A model generated the notes under the pieces. The model was not told the origin of the DNA, ran no database searches, and saw only the letters and a program-made list of their open reading frames with translations. A DNA stretch of 64,000 nucleotides, taken from the NCBI GenBank assembly GCA_030867685.1, contig JAQOWU010000001.1:248001-312000 (forward strand), written 5' to 3'. Made by a program: the position numbers and the translations under genes. Positions 32,661 to 43,707 of this stretch are shown here, piece by piece. Every line of letters begins with the position of its first letter. The first letter of the stretch is position 1. Origin of the DNA: Wickerhamiella versatilis (taxonomy: Eukaryota).

Positions 32661-33069
32661 ACCACAATAGATGAGACTTTACTAGGCCTACCAGAACCCG
32701 ATATTTTACGGATAAGTAAGTTACTAAAAATACATTCATGGTCTGGAACCAGACTGGAAACCCGAGCGGTTTGAGTTCTACCGATAAAACTGGGTTCGAC
32801 CCAAGTAAATTGACATTGTTTTTATGGCCACTGCCCTTTATACTTGCCAGGAGAAGACAATGGCGGTACAACACCTGTCAAAACAACAAGGCGCAGGTAT
32901 TTGGGTTAGGGTTTGACCACGCATGTTTCCTACTTGGCCTGCCCTTTCCCTGAAATAATTTAGTGCTTTGGAAAAACTTTCAATCAAAGTACTTTCAAAC
33001 CAAGCGTAGATCAAATCAATTCGTTCAGTGGAAGGCGAGTTACCCGTTCCGATTTGTGACCATTGTGAT
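32661..33069 (-). ncRNA. RNase MRP RNA (NME1-like); RNase P RNA not excluded
   Basis: P1 AUCACAAU/AUUGUGGU, P2 GGUC/GACC, P3 CAAAUCGG/UUGGUUUG, P4 with bulged U: GAAAG-U-ACUUU (32986-32996) / AAAGU-CUCAUC (32670-32680). Confidence 0.7.
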
Positions 33070-33142
33070 CTGATTACTAACATATCCCCTTCATTCTCAA
33101 ACGTCCTAAGGTCACAGACTAGAACACGAGAAAGGGAAAGCT

Positions 33143-35557
33143 ATGCCGGCATTTCTCACTATGGGCTTCAGCCCAGCGAGTGCCGTAGTAACTTGGAGGC
33201 TAGCGAGCACCGGAAAATTCGATTGTTATACGTATTGGCCTGCTTCGCTTCTACAAGTTTTCTCCGACGTGTTTGGCAGTGAATCGTACCGGCCACGACA
33301 GCTGGATTTCATGGCGCCGCCACGAGATGGCTTTGCTGTGGTATTACTGGTAGTACCATCAATTAAGGATGTACAGCGAATGTGCAAGCGGCTACAACCG
33401 GTATTGACGAAGAACACTTTGATCCTCGTTGATGTTAGCGGCGGGATCTCTCCTCTGCAGCGTCTAGTACGTGCAACGCTTCCAAAATCTTCTGTTGCTG
33501 GAGTAATTCTCGATGTAGATGCAGAGTTAACTGCAGCATCTCAGGATGGCTGGTCAGTGCTACATCGACGCTCGTCAGAGCTTGGGGCAATAGTAGAGCC
33601 CCCCAGCTCTTCTTCTGCACAGAAGCTTCTACAGTCGCTTGAGGTGGTTATGACAGTTGGTGGGGTCAGGATGGAGCATCCTAAGTCTCAACAGGCATTT
33701 GGGGTAATTCAGTGGTTACGCACGATCATGGTTTGTGCGTTTGAGCTCGTGGGTGTCGCACTAGAGTTAGCAACACCAGAAGAACTCATGCAGAGTGTTG
33801 TGGCTAAGCCTTTGGTCGAGGGTGTGATAGCAGAATTGAGTCAAGTTGCACACGCGGCTAATGTGAAGGGCCTGCCCTCAAGTCAGCAGATTCTATCCAA
33901 GGCATCGAAGCTTGTCCGAAAGGCTCCATCAGATTATCGGTATAAGGGTGCGATGCGTGCGTTTTACGATTTTGATCGCGGCGTGCCGCTCGCACTTGAC
34001 TTTTACTTACTATTTCCAATATTGCTTGCAGACGAGCTCCCTAAGGGGCGCCCAACACCATACCTCGAATCATTGTTTGCAGTCCTCACTCATTTGAGTG
34101 ACTTGAGTCTTGGAAACAAAAAACCAAAAATTTTGGGTCGTATCGGGGACCAGGTTCATGTCCCTCAACAAGCTAACTCAGAGGAGCTTCAAGCCCTTAA
34201 AGCAAAAGTTTCTAGTTATGAAGCTCAAGGTGACAAATTTGCTGAAACTGAGAGAAAGCTTCAGCAGGCCGAAGCCTATATTCAGGAGTCGAAATCGGTT
34301 CACGCTAGGGAGATTCGCGAGAATGAGGGCGTGAAGCAATCAGAAATTGATCAGCTACGTGCAGAACTCGAAAAACGTGAGGCCGCGTGGAAGCAATCTA
34401 TGCTTGAGCGTGAACGTGAATCCCAACAGCGCGCGGATGAGGAGAAGACGACTCGAGGCACCGCGCAACGGGAGGTCTCACCTTCTCAGGTAGCTAGAGA
34501 GCGTGAGCTCATTTCACGAGAGCAGGCACTGCTTAAACGTGAGCAGCAGCAAATTGAGCAGGAAAGGATTCTCAGTCAGAGACTGGAAGCTATTGAACTT
34601 AAGGCCCCAATGAATGGCTCGATGGCCCCACCACAGGGACCCCCCGCTGGACCTCCTGCTGGACCTCCTGCTGGCCCCCCTGCTGGTCCCCCTGCTGGTC
34701 CCGTGGATGGCTATGCCGCCCTCCCAGGAGCTTTCCCTCATCCCAGTAACGGGCCGGGATATTGGGCTCCGCAGCCTGGATATGGGTCACTAGGCCCCCT
34801 GCAGGGTCCTCCGCAAGGACCTCCTTCTGCCCCTTCTAACTTGGGACCGGCCATGGGACCAGTTATGGGCCCTGCCATGGGCCCCCTTAGTGGGCGCCGA
34901 AGTGTTGCATCTATGGCTGCACGCTCATCGTACAATGTGCCTGCAACGTCAAGACGGAGAATTTCACAGCAGCAAGATGTGGACATGATGTCAATTACAA
35001 GCCGTCGCAGGCAGACAGCACCAAATACCTTGACGACTTCCCCATCTACATCTGCATCCCTATCCCAGCGTCTTCATCTTGATAGTATTGGGCAGAGTGT
35101 ATCTGACCCCTATCACTCAGTTGGAAGAGCGCAGAGAGCTGGTGCAGATCCCACTCTTAGTGCTGATGCCTACACTGTTCCGTCTAAGCATATGCATGGT
35201 CCTAGTTACAGTCGCACGTCTAATGGCACTACACGACCACCTTCTATCGCTGAGAGTCGACGACAGTCTCTAAAGGGCCAAGGCTCTTCTTCTTTTGTCT
35301 CTTTGGGCCCTCGTCCCCGTTTACCAATTCCACTAATGGATACGAGTGACTTCGGTGGGTTCACTATGAATGACAAGGAACAAGGAGGATCGAACTCGTC
35401 TGGGAAATCACGCTCGACTCCTTCAAATGAAGGTACACCACCAACTCCTCATGCTCTGGATAATTCACCGTTTCAAGGACATGAGGACAAACTGATGAGT
35501 AGGCACGGGTATCATGACACTCCGTTCACTCCCTATAATCCCGTTACTACCAGCTAA
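33143..35557 (+). CDS. SVL3: Svl3/Pam1 family protein
   Basis: WRL motif, KPLVEGVIAEL, LLFPILLADE..TPYLESLFA (ApbA_C-like), coiled coil, low-complexity tail. Confidence 0.8.
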   Translation: MPAFLTMGFSPASAVVTWRLASTGKFDCYTYWPASLLQVFSDVFGSESYRPRQLDFMAPPRDGFAVVLLVVPSIKDVQRMCKRLQPVLTKNTLILVDVSGGISPLQRLVRATLPKSSVAGVILDVDAELTAASQDGWSVLHRRSSELGAIVEPPSSSSAQKLLQSLEVVMTVGGVRMEHPKSQQAFGVIQWLRTIMVCAFELVGVALELATPEELMQSVVAKPLVEGVIAELSQVAHAANVKGLPSSQQILSKASKLVRKAPSDYRYKGAMRAFYDFDRGVPLALDFYLLFPILLADELPKGRPTPYLESLFAVLTHLSDLSLGNKKPKILGRIGDQVHVPQQANSEELQALKAKVSSYEAQGDKFAETERKLQQAEAYIQESKSVHAREIRENEGVKQSEIDQLRAELEKREAAWKQSMLERERESQQRADEEKTTRGTAQREVSPSQVARERELISREQALLKREQQQIEQERILSQRLEAIELKAPMNGSMAPPQGPPAGPPAGPPAGPPAGPPAGPVDGYAALPGAFPHPSNGPGYWAPQPGYGSLGPLQGPPQGPPSAPSNLGPAMGPVMGPAMGPLSGRRSVASMAARSSYNVPATSRRRISQQQDVDMMSITSRRRQTAPNTLTTSPSTSASLSQRLHLDSIGQSVSDPYHSVGRAQRAGADPTLSADAYTVPSKHMHGPSYSRTSNGTTRPPSIAESRRQSLKGQGSSSFVSLGPRPRLPIPLMDTSDFGGFTMNDKEQGGSNSSGKSRSTPSNEGTPPTPHALDNSPFQGHEDKLMSRHGYHDTPFTPYNPVTTS
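34637..34696 (+). repeat. Coding 12-bp tandem repeat encoding (GPPA)x5
   Basis: GGNCCNCCNGCT units in the Svl3/Pam1 tail. Confidence 0.85.
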
Positions 35558-35781
35558 TTTATCTTGTAATGCTTAAGCTTATTGATGTACCATGTTTCCT
35601 TCAGAATATATATTGAAATCACATCACCCTAAAATATGAACAGAGGAGGTGGCGAAACAGTATAGGACCACGCGAAATGGCTGTTTAAAAGTAAATTATC
35701 TTACAAGGACTTAGCACAAAAATTGTACAATTTTCTTTTAAATTAAAACTGTATCCTACATTTATTTGTTCAGATTACTAT

Positions 35782-36219
35782 TTACTTCTCAGGTGCGCCA
35801 CCGCTGCCGCCAGTCTTCGACTGGAGATATTCAGAGGCCTTGTGAACATAATCACCAGCATTCTTGATGTAACCCTTGGCAGCATCAGAGTTGACGTACT
35901 CCTTTGCCTGGTCAGCGTAATGCTTGGCGGCTTCCTGGCCTGAGTGCAGATATTCTTGAGCTTGATCGTACAAACCACCCTCCTTGGACTCACCGCCAAC
36001 TGAGCCAGCGGCATTCTTAACATCGCTCTTAGCATCGCTAGCAGTATCAGCAGCAGTCTGACCAACGCTCTTGTTCTCAGTAGGGGTCAACTTAGCAGCG
36101 GCAGTGTCGTACAAGTCAGTGGCCTTTTCCTTAGCCTGGTCAAGAGTCGACTTCTGCGAGTCTGGCTTAACAGTCTCCTCGACCTTATCAGCGAAATTCT
36201 TTCTGCCAGTATCACTCAT
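35782..36219 (-). CDS. HSP12: Hsp12/Hsp9 family stress protein
   Basis: MSDTGRKNFADKVEETVKPDSQKS; TATATAAA upstream; ATG 36219. Confidence 0.92.
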   Translation of the reverse strand: MSDTGRKNFADKVEETVKPDSQKSTLDQAKEKATDLYDTAAAKLTPTENKSVGQTAADTASDAKSDVKNAAGSVGGESKEGGLYDQAQEYLHSGQEAAKHYADQAKEYVNSDAAKGYIKNAGDYVHKASEYLQSKTGGSGGAPEK

Positions 36220-36676
36220 GTTAATTTTAAGTTCGTCCACAACGTGGATCGGCCAATTTATATAGACACCACCAGTTGCGCCACGGGCAAGGTTGCTTGC
36301 GGTTTGCTTGCATAACCCTTGCCCAAGCAAGTAGAAAGCGGAGAACATAGAACCTTCCAGACTAATAGCTTAAAACGGAAGAACGAAACTGTAAAGTTTG
36401 CTGAATTAGTAGAAATATCATTTGATTTACTTTATCCGATAGATGTTTTTGTTAATGTGCAATTGGTTCATGTCGTAGCTCTTGACTTTAGGTATATTTC
36501 CGGAAAAATCCGAAGTAACAACGGGCCCTTGCATCATTTAGCACACATATGGCCTAAAATGCATCTCAGTATTCAATTAGGACGAAGAAAGTACCATTAG
36601 CGAACACTCTGTTAGGTCATGAAGGATAGAGAGGCAACCAAACATAACCTAGAGAGAAATCAGTGGCGCCACCATT

Positions 36677-38065
36677 CTACGCCTCATCGTCTTCAAGCGA
36701 GGCACAAAGTGCGGCACCAATTCCTGATCCATCCTTCACGACGCCGAAGACGAACCTTTCTTCGTCGGCTTTGGAGAACATCAGCCTAAGCGCTTCTCTC
36801 ATGTGCTTCTCAAAGCCGGGATAGTGTTCATACACGGATCCATCACCACCAATATCGATGGTTTGGTACTTTTCTAATGCATTGGTCATTTTAGCAACTC
36901 CTCCAATAGCAGCAGCTGTCAAATAGGCTGCCCGTTTGCCGATGGCATGCGACAATTTACGTATCGCAGCAGCTTCATAGCTATTAGCGGTGATGCCAAA
37001 ATGATCTTTCACGATCCTCTTCACTTCATGATTGTCGCTACTACTATCAGCCTCAATAAGAGATGGCGTCGAAGTGTCGGTGCTGAAAGCCTTTTCTAAG
37101 ACGTCAGTTGGCTCACCCGCAAAAATCAAGTTCTTCTCACGCAATTCGCAGAGCACTTGCCGCAAAATTTCGCCCATGAACATTCCGCTGATGCGCTTCT
37201 CGAACATATGTACCGTAGGATTCAGTGTGAGCTTGTCAATTGCGGCGTCAAATCTAGTCGTCGGCAAGACCTTCAGGTCATTGTCGAACGAGCCCCATTC
37301 CGTGTTTATGGCCATAGACTTGGCAGAATGCTTCATAGAATCTTTTGGCAACTTGGTAACCTTCGAGAGGCCTTCCATATAGGCAGCATTGGTACCGGTA
37401 CCCACAATCATGCCTAGCAATGTCTCCGAGGATTCTCCGGTCATGTAGGCCCTGGCCAACAGAGCACCGGTGGTATCATTAATTAGAGCCGCGATATGAA
37501 CTGGAATATTCTTCTTATCGATTGCGCTTTGGAGATCAATACAGACATCACGTCCAATAGCATCATGGACGTTCACCGTCTTTGTCCAACGGACCAATGT
37601 ACCACGATTGAGGCCTGTCTGGTTTACTGGATAGCTAAACGTAAACCCCATGCGAAGTTTGCCTTGATCGACCGTCCAGTTGGGGTGATGTTTTGAAACG
37701 AACTCACCAAGACAGGATGCTAGCCAGCCATAAAAGTCCGTATAGGTCTTAGCGTTCAGTATTTCATGCGGAATACGCCATTTTTCCTGCATGATCTCAT
37801 GCGTCGAGTCACCATGAAGCTTTACCGAGCAGCACCTGAAGTTGGTACCGCCAAGATCACATGCCAGGAATGACCCAGTTTCTTTTCCAGTGGGCAACTT
37901 GGTGACGTATGTTGGTATCATTGGGATACCACGCTCCGTCTCGGTTGCCAACGAAGCAGTCGCCGTCTTGACGAAGTATTCTGATATTTCGTCCAGCGAC
38001 TCTTTGCTAACTGCAAACTCGGCAACGAGTTTATCGATTTCAGTATCAAGTGCTTTTGTTGACAT
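36677..38065 (-). CDS. GLK1: Hexose kinase, glucokinase type
   Basis: PMIPTYV, DLGGTNFR, GFTFSYP, INTEWGSFDN, HMFEKRISGMFMGE. Confidence 0.9.
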   Translation of the reverse strand: MSTKALDTEIDKLVAEFAVSKESLDEISEYFVKTATASLATETERGIPMIPTYVTKLPTGKETGSFLACDLGGTNFRCCSVKLHGDSTHEIMQEKWRIPHEILNAKTYTDFYGWLASCLGEFVSKHHPNWTVDQGKLRMGFTFSYPVNQTGLNRGTLVRWTKTVNVHDAIGRDVCIDLQSAIDKKNIPVHIAALINDTTGALLARAYMTGESSETLLGMIVGTGTNAAYMEGLSKVTKLPKDSMKHSAKSMAINTEWGSFDNDLKVLPTTRFDAAIDKLTLNPTVHMFEKRISGMFMGEILRQVLCELREKNLIFAGEPTDVLEKAFSTDTSTPSLIEADSSSDNHEVKRIVKDHFGITANSYEAAAIRKLSHAIGKRAAYLTAAAIGGVAKMTNALEKYQTIDIGGDGSVYEHYPGFEKHMREALRLMFSKADEERFVFGVVKDGSGIGAALCASLEDDEA

Positions 38066-38410
38066 CGACCTAAAAGGTGTAATGTAGTGGGGTAACCTAT
38101 ACTGATGTTGGTCTATTACTATATATCATGAAGTATCTCCGCTTCTTCCTCGGCCCTTGCCCTGGATGTGGAAGATTGAACGAGGCTGCATAAAACTTTG
38201 TCCGAAAGTCTCGCTAAGCAGATCCTCAGATCATTTAACTATTACAGTTAAAAGTGAATTTCTGCCCTAATCTCGTGTGCCGAACCATTTTCGGATCGTA
38301 CGGAGGCCGGGTCTCAAAGCCGAACCTATCTTTAGTGTCTCGTTCAAACCCACGGTAATGCGAGATACCCGAGTTTTAGTAATAACTGGAAGCAAGCCTG
38401 TCGTTTAGGC

Positions 38411-38420
38411 AAAAGTGGGG
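38411..38420. promoter_or_regulatory. Mig1/CreA-type site in the GLK1 upstream region
   Basis: AAAAGTGGGG (AT box plus SYGGRG). Confidence 0.35.
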
Positions 38421-39307
38421 ACATCCACATGCAGCCAAATCCGGAGGAGAGGTTATATACTTATCTTGGAACTACCGTCTATGGTGTTTTCTTTTCTTCG
38501 TGAACTTGATTACATATCATTCTTATTGCCGATTTGTGGTGCTTATAGGGGATAAATACGTTATTTGAGCCTTTTTTTTCATTAATATATATATTTATAT
38601 TGTGGTTCCCACATATTTAATTTACAAGTAGTTGGATGTTGTGCAATAATTGGTCCAACTGGCTTATGATGCTAAATTAGGACTCGTGCATGACAGTCGG
38701 TATATTAAGTAGCAACCATCTCGACATATAAACGCAAAATTCTCGAGGTCTTTCCTCTGAATTGCAAGAGAATGGGTACAACGACATATTATGAGTGTCA
38801 CTACCTTTTCATATTCCTATTGCTCTTTTCGAGGAAAAGGAAAACAATGACCATACTATGCAACTTATCTATAATAAGAATATTCTTATTTCTCGATAGA
38901 GGATCTACGATCTCTAATTAGTCTTTGTGTTGGTATAGTTCTACTCCAGGATCTCGCGTTGGGCTCTGATTCTCAGATGGAATGCGACCTATTAAGCTCT
39001 GGTTTCCTTACTTAGATGGTATGGGATGGGATATGCCCCACTAAATGAAAGATCTGGCTAGAGATCAGCTTATAATGCTCCAACATAATGCTTGCTATTT
39101 TATTCTTAGTGACTGCCGACCAATCATCTTTCATTGGTTCCGCATTTTACCAGCCCACAGTCGCGCTCGCGCTCACGCTCTGCTTAGGCGACTTCGTGAC
39201 GCAGATTACACATACATTACACTATGGTTAGACTTGCGGGTAAGGGTAACACGCGGTTGTTTATGTTCCAAGAACTACTCAGCGCGCCCCAACTCCCAAT
39301 CCCTTGA

Positions 39308-40656
39308 ATGCGCGAAGTTATCAGTGTCAACGTGGGCCAGGCAGGCTGCCAGATAGGCAACGCGTGCTGGGAGCTGTACTGTCTTGAACATGGTATTGAG
39401 CCAGATGGATATCTCAGCCCAAATGCCCAGAAGTCATCGCGTGATGAGGGCTTTTCAACTTTTTTAGCGAGACAGGCTCCGGAAAGTTTGTCCCTCGCAC
39501 GATTTACGTTGATCTTGAGCCCAACGTCGTTGACGAGGTCCGTACAGGCAAGTACCGTAATTTGTTCCACCCTGAACAGTTGATCACTGGTAAGGAGGAT
39601 GCTGCGAATAACTATGCACGTGGTCACTACACCATAGGTAAGGAGCTCATTGATGATGTGATGGACCGTGTCCGCCGTGTGGCGGAGAACTGCGGTGGGC
39701 TTCAGGGGTTTTTGTTTACACACAGTTTTGGTGGTGGTACCGGTTCGGGGTTCGGTGCCCTCCTACTTGAGCGCCTTAGTGTTGACTTCAACAAGAAGTC
39801 CAAGCTCGAATTCGCTGTGTATCCGGCTCCTCAGAACTCCACCTCGGTAGTTGAGCCCTACAACACTGTGCTGACCACGCACGCTACCCTGGAGCATGCA
39901 GACTGTACGTTCATGGTCGATAACGAGGCCATTTACGATATGTGCCGCCGCAATCTTGATATCCCACGCCCCACCTATGAAAACCTTAATCGTCTTATTG
40001 CCCAAGTGGTCAGTTCAGTGACTGCATCCCTTCGGTTCGATGGATCGCTCAATGTCGATCTCAATGAGTACCAGACGAACCTGGTGCCATATCCAAGAAT
40101 CCACTTCCCCCTTGTTGCTTATGCACCTGTTATGTCCGCTGCGAAGGCCCACCATGAGTCTAACAGTGTACAAGAGATAACCAATGCCTGCTTTGAGAGC
40201 TCTAACCAGATGGTTAAGTGTGACCTCAAGAATGGCAAATATATGGCTTCATGCTTGCTCTACCGCGGTGATGTCGTCAACAAGGATGTTCAGCAAGCAG
40301 TTGCAAACATCAAAGCACGCAAGACAATCCAGATGGTCGATTGGTGTCCCACAGGGTTCAAGATCGGTATCTGCTACCAGCCGCCACAGTACGTACCTGG
40401 CGGTGATCTTGCTAAGGTTGACCGCGCTGTTTGCATGCTATCAAATACCACATCCATTGTCGATGCGTGGTCGCGCCTCAACCACAAGTTCGACCTAATG
40501 TTCAATAAGCGTGCTTTCGTGCACTGGTACGTTGGAGAGGGTATGGAGGAGTTCGAATTTATTGAGGCACGTGAAGATCTTGCAGCCTTGGAGCGCGACT
40601 ACGAGGAGGTAAGCGCCGATACTGCCGGCGACGAAATAGAGGCCGACGATTATTAG
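39308..40656 (+). CDS. TUB1: Alpha-tubulin; frame shifts by -1 at 39460-39466
   Basis: [17 protein letters not shown]...GFSTF in one frame; [19 protein letters not shown] onward in the -1 frame; one extra T restores FSTFFSETG. Confidence 0.95.
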
Positions 40657-40699
40657 ACCTAGCTACTCATTATTATCTATTGTTGAATATTAGCACCAC

Positions 40700-42235
40700 T
40701 TATAAGTTCTTATACCGTTCCCTTGCTCGGATCCACCATCCCTCGGCTTGGTCCAGGGACCCCCAAGGAACGCCTTCCGATGTTGGGTCGTCAAACAGGA
40801 AGTCACAATCCAGGGTGTTACGCATCTGGCGAATACGGTCAATGAACCACTCACTGGTCATATGATCGCCTGGCTGTCGCTCTTGGCATCGTAGACCGTA
40901 TACGGAACACAGGTTTTGGTCCACACCGCCTTGGTAGTGAAGGACAGGCTTCCCTAAGGATACCGATGAGAGACCTAGGCCACAATATTGCATATATGAG
41001 TCGTAGCGTAGCATCAAGCAATTTCCCAATCCTTCACAGGCCTTACGACAGGCCTCTATTGTTTTGTATGGTGCTTGGTCTTGCGTCGAGGTCTCCATTG
41101 TGGGGTCATACTCAATGTCTCTTGCAGTATTATCCCAGTTTATTTGGGGGCTTGATGGCAGATATGGTTTGATGAAGTCGAAATAAATGTCACTAAAAAG
41201 TACCTGCCCTTTTTTTAATCGAGTGTATTCCGAAAGAAGTTGAAGGTCCCGGGCATGTTGCCTGCCAGTTGTCAATATCGACTTGCACCAGTTACGGGCC
41301 GATGAAGGTACCTTGTAAGGCGGATTTCCCTGGAAATGACCGGAGCTGACTTCAATATTTAAGGAAATACCGATTTTTTCATGCAAAAATACGGCTAAGA
41401 TGTAGTCGCCGCAACATTCATGTACCACTCTTTTGGTATACTCGTTAACCCAGGCCTCGCTTCTGGGATCATCAAATGCTGCCCGCATTGCTGCATGACT
41501 GAGGATGATACCGGATCTCAGATCAGCGAAGAGATGGTCCAGACCAGCAACAGCGCTACCCAGGTAAATTGGTTCTTCGGGATCAAGACCGGAAAGGAGT
41601 TCACAGAGGTTGCGGGAGAAAACATAGGTATCATCTCCAATGATGAGATACCAATTGTGATTTGGCTGCTGTCGCCAGGTTTTCAAAAGACTTGGTAGCA
41701 TGATGAACTTTAGCGAGTCTGCCACGCCGGAGATTGCCACCTCATCTGGCATCACATGGATATGCTGATCTCTAATTGAACGCTGGATACGATAGGGTTC
41801 GAAATGTTTTGCATTTTGTACGTATTTTGGGTCTACCTCTGCCAATGCATCATGAATTTCGTCGCGCCCGATAAAGTCGGGTGAGTCACTGAATATCAAA
41901 TAATGATCAAATTGAGATAATCCTACAAGTAATTGTGTTGGCAAATAGTGCCAAAGTCTGGTAGCTTGTGTATGCATTATAACCTGAGTACCCTCACAGC
42001 GCTGGGGACTTAAGCTACCAGATGAAAGATCAAAGAAATTACTGGGTCTCCAAACTTCAAATGAGCTATGGCGCTTCGCTTCAGGTGTAACATAAAAATA
42101 CGACTGTCCTCGTGGTACCAAGATCTCCTCTACAGTCTCACTAGAATTTTTTTTGCCCACTGGTAACTTGAACATACACCAGGATACAATCATGCCAACA
42201 AGCAGGTAAATGCGTCTTCTTTTGAATAGATGCAT
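40700..42235 (-). CDS. Glycosyltransferase family 31 (Fringe/GfsA-like), type II membrane protein
   Basis: N-terminal TM, WYLIIGDDTY, LDPEEPIYLGS, SGIILS, CCGDYILA. Confidence 0.8.
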   Translation of the reverse strand: MHLFKRRRIYLLVGMIVSWCMFKLPVGKKNSSETVEEILVPRGQSYFYVTPEAKRHSSFEVWRPSNFFDLSSGSLSPQRCEGTQVIMHTQATRLWHYLPTQLLVGLSQFDHYLIFSDSPDFIGRDEIHDALAEVDPKYVQNAKHFEPYRIQRSIRDQHIHVMPDEVAISGVADSLKFIMLPSLLKTWRQQPNHNWYLIIGDDTYVFSRNLCELLSGLDPEEPIYLGSAVAGLDHLFADLRSGIILSHAAMRAAFDDPRSEAWVNEYTKRVVHECCGDYILAVFLHEKIGISLNIEVSSGHFQGNPPYKVPSSARNWCKSILTTGRQHARDLQLLSEYTRLKKGQVLFSDIYFDFIKPYLPSSPQINWDNTARDIEYDPTMETSTQDQAPYKTIEACRKACEGLGNCLMLRYDSYMQYCGLGLSSVSLGKPVLHYQGGVDQNLCSVYGLRCQERQPGDHMTSEWFIDRIRQMRNTLDCDFLFDDPTSEGVPWGSLDQAEGWWIRARERYKNL

Positions 42236-42556
42236 AGCCCAGGAGCCCGGCTTGTGATGCCAGACGGGGTGTCAGGTAAAAATTCTGTTCTTTTGAATTT
42301 TTTCCCCTATAGATTTTTAGTGTTGCATATATACATATACTGCTGCTTGAGAGTCTGCTTATATCTGTGCGTCGGTGATGTACGATGGAATAAGTATAGA
42401 ATTTTGAATGAAATTATGTTGATTGATACTCATGTTCTTTAACTTATAAAATATGCCAGATAAAGAATTAGCCTATTTACGCATCTTCTGTTGACTGTAA
42501 CAAATGTTCATGATCATCAGCTGACTATAAACGTAATCATCCAGTGCGATTGTAGC

Positions 42557-43282
42557 ATGACTGGGATCCGTGCCTGTCTATTTGATATGGATGGTTTGCT
42601 CCTCAATACTGAGGATATATATACAGAAGTGACAAATGTGGCTCTTGCAAAACATGGCAAAGGGCCCCTACCTTGGAGTGTCAAGATCAATCTTCAAGGG
42701 CGTGTAGGACACGATGCTGCCCAGCATCTTCTCGATTGGGCTCAGATAGATTACACGCCTGAGGAATGGTTCAAACTAACAAGCGAGCTTCAAAAATCGC
42801 GTTGGGAGCACGCCGGATTTCTACCAGGAGCTCGTGAACTGATCGAGCATCTTTACAAAGAAAAGTTTCCTATGGCACTGGCTACAAGCTCAGCAACCAC
42901 AAACTATGAACTAAAGACCAAGCATTTACGTTCCGTATTTGATCTCTTTGGAAAACACGTTGTGACTGGGGATGACCCACGTGTCCCGCATGGCAGGGGA
43001 AAACCAGCACCAGACATTTGGCTGGTCGCCTTGAAGTCTATTAATGACGACCGTGTGGCGTCAGGACTAGATAAAATAGCGCCATCAGAGTGTCTGGTGT
43101 TTGAAGATGGTGTGCCAGGAGTGACCGCTGCCAAGGCGGCAGGCATGCACGTCGTCTGGGTGCCTCACCCTGGAGCAGTTGGAGTTATTCCTAAAGAAGA
43201 GCAGCAGAAGATAATTGAAGGACACCTGCAGCTCGAAAGTCTTAAAGAGCTCGATTACAAAAATTGGTCTAAAATACAATAA
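42557..43282 (+). CDS. HAD hydrolase, pseudouridine-5'-phosphatase-like (HDHD1/YKL033W-A)
   Basis: LFDMDGLLLNTEDIY, LATSS, GKPAPDI, CLVFED. Confidence 0.88.
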   Translation: MTGIRACLFDMDGLLLNTEDIYTEVTNVALAKHGKGPLPWSVKINLQGRVGHDAAQHLLDWAQIDYTPEEWFKLTSELQKSRWEHAGFLPGARELIEHLYKEKFPMALATSSATTNYELKTKHLRSVFDLFGKHVVTGDDPRVPHGRGKPAPDIWLVALKSINDDRVASGLDKIAPSECLVFEDGVPGVTAAKAAGMHVVWVPHPGAVGVIPKEEQQKIIEGHLQLESLKELDYKNWSKIQ

Positions 43283-43707
43283 AATCAATTGCCCACGCAA
43301 TCTAATCCAGCAACGTTTAAGGTTAATTAGATTAAAAGAAACAAGGATATTTAGATACAACTCACCAATGAAAATCTCGGAAGTAATGCTTCCGAGATAA
43401 AGATTACAAAAAACGCTTATAGTGAGACATACTACATACTGATTACGTAGGGGTGGGCAGGGTTCGTATGTAGGAAAATCAGCCAGAGACACAAGCGACA
43501 AGATGGCAGGTAGCCTTTCCTCAAAACTTGAAGCCCCTCATTCTATACAGGCCGTCTTTTTCATGTATGGATATAGATAGCCATATATCATATCTTGTTA
43601 ACAATCAAGTGTTGAGCCCATTAATGTCTTGGCAGGGCAGAGGGGAGCATCCTAACATCTGCCGCGAGAAATACTTAGTCATTTCTCCACATTTTTCGTG
43701 TTCGCAC

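Noticed and set aside
32791..32803. GGTTCGACCC as a tRNA T-arm
   Set aside because: No cloverleaf can be built here or at 1028-1037; I found no tRNA gene in the window.
32724..32939. Telomerase-RNA-like arrangement on the minus strand: hairpin, AACCCUAACCC template-like run, possible pseudoknot, AUUUUUAG
   Set aside because: It lies inside an RNA whose P1-P4 helices fit RNase MRP/P better, and similar CCTAACCC runs occur in other spacers (near 10707, 28020, 55937). Revisit only if the MRP/P call fails.
39217..39723. 168-aa antisense ORF over TUB1, and similar antisense ORFs over GAD1, SUB2, PRS and SUI1
   Set aside because: Shadow frames of codon-biased conserved genes, with no independent signals.
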